From assembly GCA_964016885.1 (NCBI GenBank), contig OZ024740.1:422406001-422470000 (forward strand): a stretch of DNA of 64,000 nt, written 5' to 3'. Both the position numbers and the translations under genes were made by a program. Source of the stretch: Eledone cirrhosa. Its lineage: Eukaryota. Below are positions 39,515-53,944 of this stretch, one piece after another (within the stretch, counting starts at the first letter, position 1; each line of letters opens with the position of its first letter). The notes under the pieces were generated by a model. The model was not told the origin of the DNA. It saw only the letters and a program-made list of their open reading frames with translations, and searched no databases.

Positions 39515-40636
39515 ACCAGATAGAAAAATGCGTACAGCAAAAAAGAGTAATATTGTTGGAATATAAACCTTTAAAAATACAGGACAAGAAACTAAAATAA
39601 AACTTTAAAAGAATAGGACAAGAAACTAAAATAAAACTTTAAAAGAATAGGACAAGAAACTAAAATAAAACTTTAAAAGAATAGGACAAGAAACTAAGAT
39701 AAAACTTTAAAAGAATAGGACAAGAAACTAAGATAAAACTTTAAAGAATTGGACAAGAAATAAAAAATTTTACAATAATATTAGTGGCAAAATTTTTTTA
39801 TTCGTTTCCTGTGCTATGCCCCAGTATCTTCTTGATTAGTGCATAATAATTGTCATGCTCTCATTGTGCGTTGCCCCTGAGCGGTTGGGGTTGGTTGGCT
39901 GAGCAGTTCTGCTCCGTCAGAATGACCATTGCAAGAAGAATTGGCCGATGCAGCTGCAGGTCTCCTCCAAGAATGCACTTCTGGTCCCGCAACACCAGAC
40001 GAAGAAGGAGAAGACGACCGGGACAAGATGTCGACTCTGACCACCGACTACGGCACCTCCCTCCCTCTGTCCCGTCATCCCTCCAGTCCTCCTGCTCCCC
40101 CTTCCTGTACCAGAAAGATGTGGCACGCATTCATCTGGACTGCCGGACTTGAACTCAAGGACAAGATGGACAGGTTGGTCAAGATCAAGGATGAGCGGGA
40201 CGACAAGACCGTCCGCTGCTGCTCAAGATTTGTGCTCATGGGCCCATGGGTCCATTCACATTATGCATGACACATGAGGTGTGTCGCCGAATGATGAAAT
40301 AGGGGTATGGTTATGGCCCAATTGGTGTTCAAACCAGGATCAAATGATCCCCCCGTCTGACGACGACCTCTGAATGTGTAACCCAGAGCCTATGAATGTG
40401 GAACTCGATTTTTTACCAATGAAAATTTTGCCACTAATATTATTGTAAAATTTTTTATTTCTTGTCCAATTCTTTAAAGTTTTATCTTAGTTTCTTGTCC
40501 TATTCTTTTAAAGTTTTATCTTAGTTTCTTGTCCTGTTCTTTTAAAGTTTTATTTTAGTTTCTTGTCCTGTATTTTTAAAGGTTTATATTCCAACAATAT
40601 TACTTTTTTTTTGCTGTACGCATTTTTCTATCTGGT
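39515..40636. mobile_element. Foldback-like structure with long inverted arms containing 33-bp tandem subrepeats and a GC-rich interior
   Basis: 39515-~39797 (accagatagaaaaatgcg...tagtggcaaaatttt) is inverted at ~40422-40636. The unit aggacaagaaactaaaataaaactttaaaagaat has about five copies on the left and three on the right. Confidence 0.75.
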
Positions 40637-40641
40637 ATATA

Positions 40642-40674
<33 letters not shown>

Positions 40675-40930
40675 GTAGGAGGTGAGTTTTATTGTAGTAC
40701 AATAAAGCAATGCAGATATCGGATAAGAAGCACTCTACAGTTTGTAGGACTGGAGTATACATAATATATAAGATCAAAAGATGGTTAAAGGAGTTCCATG
40801 TATTTTATTATGCGCATTTCAAATACAAACATCATCATGCAATAATATTTGTGTTTTCATCAGATAAAACAGGAGGACATGATATGAAGGCTAAAAAACA
40901 CTTGTGGATAGTGCAGTTTTAAATCAACAT

Positions 40931-41229
40931 ATGACCCCTTAGCCTTTGTCAAGGCAGAATTCTAGGGACTGGCTTTGTGCAGTGCCTTTGCTCACTATAA
41001 AAGCTTCACAGCACAGGCATTGCTTTATATCTGGAGATCTCTCTGCACTTGTCGTCACATGGTACCATGGGCCCAGCACTATGTGTCAATAATTGTCACA
41101 GGTGTAGTGTTTGTACCAGAGTTTTCAAGTCGCTGGACTAAAAAGTCACACTCGTTCAGCGCACCGGTAGGGGTTCTCCTACATGGATATAAAGTAGTGG
41201 CCGTACTCGAAAACGAGTTGGCAGCCACC
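40931..41229 (+). mobile_element. 608-bp element, left-truncated and internally deleted copy
   Basis: atgaccccttagcc...ctag|ggactggctttgtgc...gcagccacc. Confidence 0.85.
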
Positions 41230-41338
41230 ATATATATATGTATATGTATGTATGTATGTATATATGTTTATATGTATGTATATATATATATATGTATGTA
41301 TGTATGTATATATATATATGTATATATATATATGTTAT

Positions 41339-41942
41339 GCCAGGTCACCAGTTGGTGCTACTGGTAACATGTATCCCAGTACAACCTGTCTCATGGTCGG
41401 GTCGTTGGCGACTAAACTGGCAACCCCACCAAGGTTTCTTGGTGAGGAGGGTGACTTTGGACATCCTGCAGGACTAAAAACAAAACCTGTCAAAGGGCAA
41501 AGGATCTCTTAAGAGTCAATGGCCATCCAAAATCACCGGGAGAGATGACCCCTTAGCCTTTGTCAAGGCAGAATTCTAGGAGAAGGAAAACTCTGATGTA
41601 ACACCTGCAACCCTGATGGTATCCAATGATGTTGACTTGTTCTTCTTTTTGGTAAATATCATCTTGGTTAAGAGAGTGGGACTGGCTTTGTGCAGTGCCT
41701 TTGCTCACTATAAAAGCTTCACGGCACAGGCATTGCTTTATATCTGGAGATCTTTCTGCACTTGTCGTCACATGGTACCATGGGCCCAGCACTATGTGTC
41801 AATAATTGTCACAAGTGTAGCGTTTGTACCAGAGTTTTCAAGTCGCTGGCTGGACTAAAAATTCACACTCGTTCAGCGCATCGGTAGGGGTTCTCCTACA
41901 TATAAAGTAGTGGCCGTACTCGAAAACGAGTTGGCAGCCACC
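41339..41942 (+). mobile_element. 608-bp element, full-length copy
   Basis: Matches 28330-28937 end to end. Confidence 0.88.
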
Positions 41943-42035
41943 ATATATATGTATATATATATATGTATATATATATATGTATATATATATATGTATATAT
42001 ATATATGTATATATATATATGTATATATATATATG

Positions 42036-42092
<57 letters not shown>

Positions 42093-42261
42093 ATGTATAT
42101 ATGTATATATATATATGTATATATATATATATGTATATATGTATATGTATATGTATATATGTATATATATATATGTATATATATATATGTATATATATAT
42201 ATATGTATATATATATATGTATGTATATATATATATATGTATGTATATATATATATGTATG

Positions 42262-42342
<81 letters not shown>

Positions 42343-42919
42343 GTATATATATATATGTATGTATATATATGTATATATATATATGTATATGTATATATAT
42401 ATATGTATATATGTATATATGTATATATATATATATGTATATATATATATGTATATATATATGTATATATATATATATGTATATGTATATATATATATGT
42501 ATATATATATATGTATATATATATATGTATATATATATATGTATATATATATATGTATATATATATATGTATATATATATATGTATATATATATATGTAT
42601 ATATATATATGTATATATATATATGTATATATATATATGTATATATATATATGTATATATATATATGTATATATATATATGTATATATATATATGTATAT
42701 ATATATATGTATATGTATATATGTATATGTATATATGTATATATATATATGTATATATATATATGTATATGTATATATGTATATGTATATATATCTATAT
42801 ATGTATATATATCTATGTATATATATCTATGTATATATATATATGTGTATATATATATGTATATATATATGTATATATATATGTATATATATATATGTGT
42901 GTATATATATATATGTGTG

Positions 42920-42972
<53 letters not shown>

Positions 42973-43050
42973 GTATATATATATGTGTGTATATATATAT
43001 GTGTATATGTATATGTGTATATATATATATGTATATATGTATATATATAT
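41943..43050. repeat. (TA)nTG microsatellite
   Basis: Direct reading. Confidence 0.98.
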
Positions 43051-46000
43051 CGAAAATGCCAAAGTTAAAGTCAAATTCACCTCGTGGACGAGAATGCGAG
43101 CACTCCTCTTTGTTTCGTCCGCGGATGGCTAACGTAACCCTATCTCCCCCCGTCCCCCACCACCCCCACCCCCACCCTCCAAACGCAACCCAAAACTTCA
43201 GAGTTGGTACCATAAATGTAGGCACCCTAAAGGGTCGCGCTAACGAGGTTGTAGAAATGCTTGAACGTAAGGAGGTCGATGTTTGTTGTATTCAAGAGAC
43301 CAGGTGGAGGGGTGGGTCTGCTAGATTCATTGAGGGTAAAAAACGATGTTATAAGCTTTTCTGGGTGGGAAACGACGATGGGCTGGGTGGAGTAGGAATC
43401 ATGGTAGCAGAAAAGTGGGCAGATAAGATAATAGACGTAAATAGAGTGAACGACAGAATAATTAAAATAAGACTTGTCCTCAATAGAACTACGGTGACAG
43501 TAATATCTGCGTACGCACCCCAATCCGGACTGCCCGGCACTATAAAAGACAGATTCTATGAGACACTGTTGCTAACTACCTCCCAAATATCTGACAGTGA
43601 CTATATAATTATTGCAGGCGACCTAAATGGTCACGTTGGACAACATTGTGACGGCTACGACGAAATCCATGGAGGCTATGGGTTTGGTACTAGAAATGAG
43701 GAAGGCTCCAGAATCCTGGAATTCTGTGATGCAAATAACCTAACTATCTGTAACACTAACTTCAAAAAACGTGACAATCACCTGATCACCTATAGATCAG
43801 GGGAACACACAAGCCAGGTAGATTATATCCTTACCAGAAGACGTGACAGAGTGTCTGTTGTAAACACTAAATCCCTCCCCCATGAAGAATGCACCTCCCA
43901 ACATAGACTGATAATTAGCGACCTCATAGTCAGGACGAGACGTACTCGACAGTAGAAGAGGACTATCCTCAGGAGGAAAATATGGAAACTAAAGGACCCC
44001 ACAGCCAGAAATAAATTTCAAAGCATATTACTTGATGCTTTCGACAGTAAGGAAGAGCATCTAGAATCGGACAATATAGAGGGACAGTGGGAATTTCTGA
44101 AAGCAAACCTGCTGTTGGCGACAGACGAAGTCTGTGGCTGGAGCAGGCCTGTAGGCAGGAGGAGAGTAACTTGGTGGTGGAACAGTAAGGTGGAGGGGTC
44201 AATTAAGGCCAAAAAGCAGGCTTGGAAAGTATGGCGGGATGGGGGAAGTAGAGTAGACTATCAAGTGGCCAGGAGGGAAGCTAGGAGAGAAGTGTACTTA
44301 GCAAGAAGGGAAGCTGAGGAAAGAAAGTTCAAGCATGTTCTACAACGCGATGACCAAAAACGTGAGGTGTTCAGGATTGCCAGGCAATGCGTCAAGGAAA
44401 ACCGTGATATTGTCGGGGAGAAGTGTGTACTTAACGATGATGGCATACTTGCCATCACCGACACTGATAAGAAGGTAGCTTGGAAGTGTCACTATGAAAG
44501 GCTACTAAATGAGGAGAATAAATGGGAGAAAGACAAGTCTCCCCCATATCGACCCGATAGAGGGACCAGCAGTGTTAGTCGAGGGGAGTATAATAAGTAA
44601 GGCAATCAAGGATATGAAGACGGGTAAGGCGGCTGGGCCTTCGGAAATAGTTGCTGAGATGCTGAAGGCATCTGGCACGGTGGGACACACCATGGTCACC
44701 CGCATAGTTAACCAAGTCGTACAGAATGGGGTTGTTCCGAAGGACTGGCATAGCAGCATCATCGTTAACTGTTATAAGGGTAAAGGAGACGCCCTAGATA
44801 GGAGTAACTATAGAGGCATTAAATTAATCGACCAGGTCATGAAGGTCACGGAAAAAGTAATAGCGCAACTAATCAGAGAGAGAATTGACCTAGATGAAAT
44901 GCAGTTCGGGTTTGTGTCAGGCAAAAGCACCACAGACGCTCTTTTCATAGTACGACAACTACAGGAGAAGTACCTAGCTAAAGGTAAACCCCTCTACTTA
45001 GCTTTTGTCGACCTGGAGAAAGCCTTCGACAGAGTCCCCCGCTCCATTATCTGGTGGGCTCTTAGAAAACTAGGCGTTGACGAATGGCTTGTGAGGGCTA
45101 TACAAGCCATGTATAAAGAAACAGTCAGCAAGGTTAGAATTAACAACGAATATAGTGAAGAGTTTAGCGTAAAAGTTGGCGTCCATCAGGGCTCTGTTCT
45201 CAGCCCCCTACTATTTATTATTGCCCTTCAGGCTATAACAGAGGAGTTCAAGACAGGCTGCCCATGGGAACTCCTATACGCAGACGACCTGACACTCATA
45301 GCGGAATCAATGGCCGAGCTAGAGAAGAAATTCCAAACATGGAAGCACGGCCTAGAGTCAAAAGGACTTAAAATTAACCTGGCTAAGACCAAAGTTCTAG
45401 TTTGTAGGAAAGAAAACAAGGCGGCGGTCCCTTCTGGGAAATGGTCGTGCTCGGTGTGTAGGAAAGGCGTAGGTAGAAACTCCATTTTATGTCCTAAATG
45501 CAAAGTATGGGTGCATAAAAGATGTAGTGGGATCACAGGTAAGCTAACCAAGAACATAGATTTTACATGTGGCCGGTGTTCTGGTGCAATAAGTAGCAGC
45601 AAGTGCCCACAAAATACTAGCTCTTTCAATTGCGCAGAGGGTTCTATAGAAATAGTGGACAGCTTCCGTTACCTGGGCGATAAAATCAGCAGTGGGGGAG
45701 GGTGCTCTGAAAGTACTGTAGCTAGAGTCAGAACTGGTTGGAAAAAAGTTCAGAGAGCTTATACCACTATTAGCTGCTAAAGGGTTCTCCCTAAAAATGA
45801 AAGGCAGGTTGTACGATGCCTGCATACGAACAGCAATGTTGCATGGTAGTGAGACCTGGGTATTGTGTGCAGAGGATATATGCAGACTAGAGAGGAATGA
45901 AGCTTGCATGCTCCGCTGGATGTGTAACAGTAATATACGTGAACGGCAAAGCATAAACGAACTAAGGAAAAAATTAGAGATAAGAGGGATCAGATGTTGT

Positions 46001-46590
46001 TTACTCGAGAGAAGGCTGCGTTGGTATGGACACGTGATGCGCATGAAAGTCGATAGCTGTATAACAAAGTGCAGGGCAATAAAGATAGACGGTAGCCACG
46101 GAATAGGCAGACCTAGAAAAACATGGGATGAGCTGATAAACTCCGACCTCACACACTTACACCTCTCCAAGACAATGTCACTGGACCGAGACCTTTGGCG
46201 GTACTCAGTAACAGAGAAGACCCGCCTTGCCAGTAGGCATCTCTAACAAAATACACCCCGTCCCGCCACCACCCCCACCCCATCCACACCACCCCGTTCT
46301 ATGTAAAGTTATGTTGGTGCCGCGCCATCCAGGCCGAAACAAATGAGATCGTGTAGGTGTCACGACAAAAAACACACAGTCCACGCTGTAATGTGGCCGT
46401 GTAGGCAACACGGTAAAAACCTCTCAGACCCACACTGTAAATGTGGTTGGTGTTAGGAAGGGCATCCAACTGTAGAAAACCTGCCAGACAGTCCTATGCG
46501 AGCAAGACAATCACTCTTGCCTCAAGTGGGACTACCCCCGTCCAAACCCATGCAAGCGTGGAACACGGACGTTAAACGTTGATGATGATA
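43051..46590 (+). mobile_element. RTE LINE subfamily A with complete but disabled ORF (APE, RT, PHD-like finger)
   Basis: ATG 43056; [26 protein letters not shown]; premature TAG 43953; single-base insertions near 44535 and 45745; ORF end 46246; UTR and (GAT)n tail. Confidence 0.96.
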
Positions 46591-46636
46591 CATACATATA
46601 TATATATGTATATATATATATGTATATATATATATG

Positions 46637-46667
<31 letters not shown>

Positions 46668-46690
46668 GTATATATGTATATATATATATG

Positions 46691-46739
<49 letters not shown>

Positions 46740-46790
46740 GTATATATATATATATGTATATATATGTATATATGTGTATATATATGTATA

Positions 46791-49700
46791 TCATCATCAT
46801 CATCATCATCACCGTTTTACGTCCGTTCTTCCACGTTAGCATGGGTTAGACGGGTTGTCCTGTTGTGGGCAGTGTCTGGTCGGCTGACCATGCGTTGCTC
46901 ATACAGGAACTGATTTGGTTTGATTTCTACAGCTGGATGCCCTTCCTAACACCAACCTCATTTACAATGAGTGCTGGGTGCTTTTTCGTGGCGCCTACAC
47001 GTCCACTTTACAGTAGGGGGGCATATTGTCTATAAGCTTCAGCTTGTACCCATGGGAGGTCGGGTACTCTGTATTACTGCGTGACGCCAGAAGTCACGGT
47101 CGTGTGTCATTGCCTTTGAGATGTGTAATTGGGTAAGGTCGGCTTTTATCACCTCATCCCAGGTCATCTTGGGTCTCCCCACTCCGCGGTTTCCATTAAC
47201 TTCTAGTGCTCTGCACCTTTTTATGCAGCTGTCATCCTTCATACGCATCACATGTCCATACTAGTGCAACCGCCTCTCCTGCACACAGCATTTGATTCCT
47301 CTTATGCTCAGTCTCTCTCTCAATTCATTTATGCTTTGTCATTCACGTATATTACTGTTACACATCCATCGGAGCATGCAGGCTTCGTTTCTCTCTAATC
47401 TGCGTAAGTCTTCCACCTTCAGCGCCCAGGTCTCACTACCATGCAACATTGTTGTTCGGATACACGCATCATACAGTCTGCCTTTCATTCTGAGGGAGAA
47501 GCCTTTTGCAGCTAGCAGTGGTAGTAGTTCCCTAAACTTCTTCCATCCCGTTTTTACCCTAGTTATTGTACTTTCTGAACACCCACGTTCGCTGCTAATT
47601 CGGTCACCGAGGTAGCAGAAGCTGTCTACTGTTTCTACAGAGCCCTCCCAGAGATTGGTGGTATTTGTTTCCTGTGGCTGCTGCTGTTTGCTGTCCCAGC
47701 ACAGCTGCTGCATGTGAAGCCTACATTCTTAATTAAGCTTCCTGAGATCCCGCTACATCTCTTGTGTACCCATTGTTTGCATTTGGGGCAGAGAATGGAG
47801 TTACTACCTACACCTTTCCTACATACTGTGCAAGGCCATTTCTCTGAGGGGATCTGGGTTCTGTTTTCTCGTCTACTTACAAGGACCTTAGTCTTTGTCA
47901 TGTTGACTTTCAGACCCTTTCTTTCTAGTCCCTGCTTCCAAGTTTGGAATTTATTCTCTAGTTCTACCATAGATTCAGCTATAAGTGCGAGGTCATCAGC
48001 ATACAGGAGTTCCCATGGGCATCCGGTCTTAAACTCCTCCGTTATTGCTTGCAGGACTATGATGAACAGGAGGGGGCTAAGAACAGAGGCCTGGTGGACC
48101 CCAACCTGTACGCTAAATTCCTCGCTATACTCATTGCTAATCCTAACTTTGCTGACTGCTCCCCTATACATGGCTTGTACCGCTTTCACAAGCCATTCAT
48201 CTACTCATAGTTTTCTAAGAGCCCACCAAATTACAGCACGTGGAACTCTGTCAAAGGCTTTCTCAAGGTCAACAAATGCCAAGTAGAGTGGCTTACTTTT
48301 AGCTAGGTACTTATCCTGTAGCTGCCTCACAAGGAAGAGGGCGTCAGTGGTGCCTCTTCCTGGTACAAACCCAAATTGCATGCCGTCTATTTTCAGCCGG
48401 TCCCTAATCAACTGTGCTATAACTCTTTCTGTTACTTTCATGACCTGGTCCATCAACTTTATACCTCTATAGTTTCCTCTATCTAGTGCATCGCCTTTAC
48501 CTTTGTAGCAGTTGACAATGATGCTACTGCACCAATCTTTTGGTATGACACCTTCTAGTATTACCTGGTTAACAATACGTGTGGTTATAGTGTGACCTAC
48601 AGACCCAGATGCCTTCAGCATCTCGGCAGCTATACCCGATGGACCGGTTGCCTTCCCCATCTTCATATCTTTGATTGCCTTACTTACTACGTTGCTGCTG
48701 ACTTGTACTGCTGGCCCCTCTATAAGGTCTACTTGGAGTAGGGTCTCTTCTTCCTATGCATTCTCCTCATTTAGTAATCTATCATAATGTCTCTTCCATG
48801 CATTTTTCTTCTCAGCACTTGTGAGGGCAAGCTCACCTTTATCATTCCGGATACACTTCTCTCCAATGACATCACAACTCTCTCTGACACACTGCCTCGC
48901 ATCTTGAACACCTCCTGTTTCTGGTCCTCGCGTTGCAAAACATGCTTAAATTTTCTATCCTCTGCTTCCCTCCTAGCTAAGTATACTTGTCTCCTTGCTT
49001 CCCTCTTGGTCTCTATGTAATGTACCCTGCTCCCCCCGTTCTTCTATTCTTTCCATGCCTGTCTCTTGGCCTTAACTGCCTCATCTACCTTATTGTTCCA
49101 CCACCAAGTCACTCTCCTCCTGCTTGAGGTCTTACTCCAGCCATAGACCTCATCCGTCGCTTCTAGTAAGTTATATTTTAGGAACACCCAGTTCTCTTCT
49201 ACATTGAATGTCTCTATCTGTTCTTCTTTACTGTCGTAGGCATTGAGTAAAATATCTTTAAATCTGTTACTGGTTGATGGGTCTTTCAGCTTCCAGATTT
49301 TTCTTCTCCAGGTTGGCCTCTGTTTCCAGGTTCATCTAGTTCTGACTGTGAGGTCGCTGACAACTAAGCTATGTTGGGATGTACAATCCTCACTAGGGAA
49401 GGCTTTTGTGTTTACAACCGTCCATCTGTCACGTCCTCTGATGAGGATAAAATCTATCTGACTAGAGTGCTCCCCTGATCTATAGGTGATCAGGTGGTTG
49501 TCGGGTTTTTTAAAGTTTGTGTTACATATCGACATGTCATTGGCGTCGCAGAATTCTAGAAGTCTGAATCCTTCCTCATTTCTTGTGCCAACCCCATGGC
49601 CTCCATGTACTCTATTGAAGCCGTCGCAGTGTTTACCTACGTGTCCGTTAAAATCTCCTGCGATGATTAGGAAGTCATTGTCGTCTGTTAGAGCAGTAGT

Positions 49701-50135
49701 GTGCATTAGGGACTCGTAAAACCTATCCTTATGTTCGTCTGGCAGCCTCGATTGGGGTGCGTAAGCTGATATTATTGTGGTAATTGTTTTATTCAGGACT
49801 AGTCTGAGTTTAATGATTCTTGCATTTACCCTGTACACTGAGATTACTTTATCTACCCACTTGTCAGCTAGTAGTATACCTACACCACCCATCCCATCGT
49901 CATTTCCCACCCAGAAAAATTTGTAGCACCGACTTTTTCCTACAAGGACTCTAGCAGACTCTCCTCTCCATCTAGTCTCTTGCACACATCATACATCAAT
50001 TTCCTTTCGCTCTAGCATTTCTACGATTTCTCCTGCTCTTCCTTTGATTGAGCCTACATTGATGGTACCAACTCGGAGTTTTGGGCATTTGTCGACACTC
50101 GTAGGGAAGGGTCTCTGGATTGGCGCTTCACATGG
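46791..50135 (-). mobile_element. RTE LINE subfamily C, near full length, older with multiple stops, tail-to-tail with the previous copy
   Basis: ORFs 49332-49985, 48205-48666, 47635-48189, 47339-47713 and 47039-47251(-) give APE, RT and PHD-like segments; (CAT)n at 46791. Confidence 0.95.
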
Positions 50136-50669
50136 GTATACATATACATGTATGTATATGTATGTATGTGATCACAGTTTAATGTCCATTTTTTCATGTT
50201 ACCACAAATTATCCTGTTGTGAGACAAGTCTGCTCAGACATGCTCCTACAGAACTGTTTCTGATATATATATATATTATCATTATTTTTATGTTGATGGG
50301 TCCTTTTTAACACACCATCTCTCCACTCATTGCATTCCTTCATGCCTTCTGTGAGTGTCATAGAGGTCACCTCTCACCACCTCTGCCCAGGTCTTTCTAG
50401 GACTATCTCTATTGCAGCTTCCTTCCACTGGGAATTTCTGGTACTTCTTCACTTGTCCATACCAGCACAAGTCTCTTCTCTTGCACACCACTTCAGATTC
50501 CTCTTAAACCCAGTTTCTCCAAGCTGTGACTTTCTCTCACATTTACATTGCACATCCAATGAAGCATGGCTACTTCATTGCTCTGTAGTCTATACATATT
50601 CATACATGTATGTAATGAATATATATGTGAATATATGCATGATTATATATATGTATGTATATGTATATA

Positions 50670-50746
50670 CATGATGTCCCCCAAAAATGTATACACATTT
50701 ATTAGAATGCTGTTGAAGTATGTATACGTTTTTTGGGGACACCCTG
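50670..50746. mobile_element. Tiny Tc1/mariner-type MITE remnant
   Basis: ta|catgatgtcccccaaaaatgtatac ... gtatacgttttttggggacaccctg|ta: imperfect TIRs flanked by TA. Confidence 0.5.
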
Positions 50747-51002
50747 TATATGTATATACAGGGACATTGAAATCCTCATGTTGGTGTCTGAGTACACAGC
50801 TAGCCGAGTCTGACCCAGAGACCCCTGGTCCTTGTTAGGATATCTCTTTAGGAGAGGGAGACTGATATAGAACCTCTGGCTTATTAGTATCATCTTTAAA
50901 TGATGTGAATGGCTGGGTTTGTATGTAACATTACACAACTCAAGCTGATGTCATTAGATAGCCATACTCCACTACCAGCTGACTGCCAATATATATATGT
51001 AT

Positions 51003-51575
51003 CAGCTGGACTGTATATGTCTGAGCTGAACTTTATATGTCTGAGCTGAACTTTATATGCCTGAGCTGAAATTTATATGTCTCAGCTGAACTTTATATGT
51101 CTGAGCTGAACTTTATATGTCTGAGCTGAACTTTATATGTCTGAGCTGGACTATACTTAATATGTATGAGCTGGACTATACTTAATATGTATGAGCTGGA
51201 CTATACTTAATATGTATGAGCTAGACTATTCTTTATATGTATGAGCTGGACTATTCTTTATATGTACGAGCTGAACTTAATATGTACGAGCTGAACTTAA
51301 TATGTACGAGCTGAACTTAATATGTATGAGCTGAACTTAATATGTATGAGCTGAACTTAATATGTATGAGCTGAACTTAATATGTATGAGCTGAACTTAA
51401 TATGTATGAGCTGAACTTAATATGTATGAGCTGAACTTAATATGTATGAGCTGAACTTAATATGTATGAGCTGAACTTAATATGTATGAGCTGAACTTAA
51501 TATGTATGAGCTGAACTTTATATCAGTGAGCTAGACTTTATATGTATGAGCTGAACTTTATATGTATGAGCTGGA
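51003..51575. repeat. Minisatellite, 20-bp unit tatgtatgagctgaacttaa with 25-bp variants
   Basis: Direct reading, about 27 units. Confidence 0.95.
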
Positions 51576-51579
51576 GTTG

Positions 51580-53790
51580 CAGATGAACAAACATACCTCT
51601 TTTATGATGTCCTTTTGGTTGGTGACTTTAATGGTTATGTTGCACAACACCAGGATGTATTCCATGGTATGCATGGAGGCTATGGACTTGGTGTAAGAAA
51701 TATAGAGGGATGAAGGCTCCTGGAATTTTGTGATGCAAATGACCTGACAATTGATAACACAAACTTAAGGAAACCGGCAAGCCTTTTGATCACCTCTCAA
51801 TCTGGTGTGAACACAAGCCAGATTGACTGTGTTTTCACAAGAAAACAAGATAGGCTGGTGGCCATAAATGCTAAAACATTCTCTGAGGAACAACGCAGCA
51901 CCAAAAACAGTTTAGTGATTAGGACCTCTAGAGTCTGAGCTAGATACAAACAGAAGCCTAAGACGGTCTTGAGAAGAAAGATATGGAGGTTTAAAGTCCC
52001 ATCAAACAGCCAAGAGTTTAGAGACATACCAGAAGAAGCACTTGATAAGGAGGATAAAAGTTAGATATATATAACATAGAGGACAATTTGAAACTCCTAC
52101 AATTCAACATGCGTGCTGTGGATGGGACAAGGTTCCAAACAGATGGAAGGTGATGTGGTGGGGAAGCAGTACTGCAAATAGGGCCATAAAAGCTTTTAGA
52201 CAGGTTTGAAAAGTCTGAAAGTTGTAGGGCTGTAAGGAATAATACCAATATCTAAGAAAGAAGCTAAGAATCAGGTTTATTTCTCAAGTGGGGCAGCAGG
52301 AAGTAAGAGGTTTGCCTATGTTTTATAGCATGAGCGTGAGAGGTGTGAAGGTTTCTGAATTGTATAACAGTGCAAGTGAGAAGTTGTGATGGAGGATAAC
52401 TGTGTACAGAATGTTAGTGGTTCCCTTATCTCTACTGACATTGAGAAGAAAGATCCTTGGAAGTGCTATTATGAGAGGTTGCTGAATGAGGAGAATGATT
52501 GGAAGAGTGAGAGTCTACCCCAAATAGACTCAACTAAGGGACCAACCATTAAAGTTGACAACAGGATAGTAGATGAGTTGATTAAAGAAATGAAGGTAGG
52601 GAAGGTAGCTGGTCCTACAGGGAATGTTACTTAGATGTTTAAACTCTCCTGTGGAGCAGTTCACAGGTTAGCCAGTTGTTTAGCTAATTAGGTAGAGCAG
52701 GAAAGTGTCATGCACAATGACTGGCATAGCAGCATCATTGCCAACTGTTACAAGAGTGAAACAGATACACTAGAGGGAGAGGCGATTATAGAGGCATTAA
52801 ATCGTTGGATTAGGTTATGAACATCACAGAAAGGGTGATAGCAAAACTGATTAGGGATGCAATTAACCCTGGTGAGATGCAGTTTGGCTTTATGTCTAGG
52901 AGAGGCAATAGTGATGTTATTTTACTGGTGAGGTAACTGCAGAAGAGTAAATTAGCATTTGTCACCCTGGAAAAGGCTTTTGATAGAATCTAACGCTCTC
53001 TAATCTGGTAAGCTCTTAGGAAGCTAGAGATAGAGGAATGGCTTGTGAGGGCTGTACAGGTTATATGCAGCAGTGCAACCAGCAATATTAGGCTAACAAT
53101 GAGTAACATGCTTCTAGGAGTCCACCAAGGCTTAGTTCTCAGCTTCCTCATGTTTATTATAGTCCTCCTGGCTATAAAGAAACTGTAGACTGGATGTCAA
53201 TGGGAGCTCCCATATACTGATGAATCTATCCCTCTTAGCTGAAACTACAGGACTAGACATTTTAGATATGGAAACAAAATCTGAAATAAGGGCCTCAAAG
53301 TAAACCTAGCAAAGACTTAACTTTTGGTAAGTAGGAAAAAGGATATGGCCCTGCAACTATCAGGGAAATAGCCATATTATATATGTCGAAGAGGTGTGGG
53401 TAGGAATTCCATATGTTGTACCCAGTGAGGTGGACACACTAGAGATATAGTGGGATCACAGGTAAGCTGACTGGAAGGGAAGGGTTCATATATGGCAGAT
53501 GCAGAGGAACTTTCTCAAATGTTGAGAAGGCTCACTGGAAGTGGTGAAAAACTTTTGTTACCTGAATAATGTCATTAGTTATGAGGCAGATGTACAGAAT
53601 GTGTTATAACCAGAGTGAGAACAGGGTATTCAGGGAGTTGCTATCTCTGCTGGCAACAAAGGGTTTTTCTTCTCTGAGAGTGAAGGGCAAATTATATGGA
53701 GCATATCTTTGAATTGCTGCATGAGATGGCCTTGAGTAGAAAAGATTTGCAGAAGTTAAAAGGAATTGAGGCATGCGTGCTTCACTTGTG
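51580..53790 (+). mobile_element. Old, heavily decayed RTE LINE (APE to RT C-terminus)
   Basis: [41 protein letters not shown] and GRNSICC remnants with many stops. Confidence 0.85.
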
Positions 53791-53944
53791 AGAAGCCAGA
53801 AGCAAACAGAAAGGAATTAGGGTTTGTGAGGACTCTTCAGTCTCACTCAACATGTGACAACCTTTCCAGTTCTGGAGTTTCAATAAAATAATCCAGTAGA
53901 GCCTTTAAGGTATTAGTGTTGTTTGTTGGTACTACAATAAAATG

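Noticed and set aside
41339-43056. 608-bp element as the 5' UTR of the downstream RTE
   Set aside because: Separated by 1.1 kb of TA; other copies precede unrelated sequences and have their own fixed right end.
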